Shown here one piece after another: positions 63,803 through 64,000 of a DNA stretch of 64,000 bases. Source of the stretch: a virus (lineage: Duplodnaviria; Heunggongvirae; Uroviricota; Caudoviricetes); the IMG/VR virus record IMGVR_UViG_3300031413_000001. One strand, 5' to 3'. Position 1 is the stretch's first letter; every line of letters starts with the position of its first letter. The notes under the pieces were generated by a model. It saw nothing but the letters and a program-made list of their open reading frames with translations. It ran no database searches and was not told the DNA's origin. The translations under genes and the position numbers were made by a program.

Positions 63803-64000
63803 CGCTTTGGACTTCATCAAGATAGATGCGGTCCACACAAGCCTGAACGCGATCCACTTGCCCAAACATCTCTACCATGTAGGGAGAACGGGGCAAGTGG
63901 ATGTCAAACACCTTGGGCCAATGCGTTTCGGTCTCGGCCTGATAAATTGGATCGGATCCTGGCGCCTTATATGTGGGCCATTTTGCCTCATAGGCCTCAT

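Noticed and set aside
1-64000. Stop-codon reassignment, as in some jumbo phages
   Set aside because: Core genes are intact in the standard code, TAA, TGA and TAG all end genes, and none of the three tRNAs is a suppressor.
63786-64000. Open minus-strand frame running off the window end
   Set aside because: Probably a gene 3' end, but too little is visible to call.

Overview
This window is a dense, mostly plus-strand segment of a large T4-superfamily (jumbo) myophage genome. The host may be an alphaproteobacterium: one small exported protein looks sphingomonad-like, which is weak evidence. Recognisable content: a replication set (family B DNA polymerase, clamp loader, probable sliding clamp, RNase H/5'-3' exonuclease, NAD-dependent ligase); three repair enzymes (Nth, UvsE, Ogg-like); many nucleotide-pool enzymes; a host-like proteostasis and translation kit (ClpA, ClpP, DnaJ, GroES, IF-1, tRNA-Pro/Arg/Leu); a tail-fibre block; and a 7-deazaguanine cluster (QueD-like, FolE, QueE, plus a glycosyltransferase and a phosphoribosyltransferase). 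The most striking unexplained structure is a family of about 20 short, highly divergent ORFs, mostly in tandem arrays, that share the motif [hydrophobic]xFx4-5AxxFKLxW. Several carry short appended copies of hallmark motifs from core phage proteins: the Gol region of the major capsid protein, a terminase Walker A loop, PolB motif B, the ribonucleotide reductase NPCxEI loop and a DEDDh ExoI motif. My inference is a modular decoy or mimic system against host sensors of phage proteins. Also seen are stand-alone fragments of core proteins (tail sheath C-terminus, ATP-ligase N-terminus, DnaE core) and hairpins that put the TAAATA promoter motif in a loop while pairing with the ribosome-binding site. 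All family assignments come from recognising motifs by eye; no database search was run.
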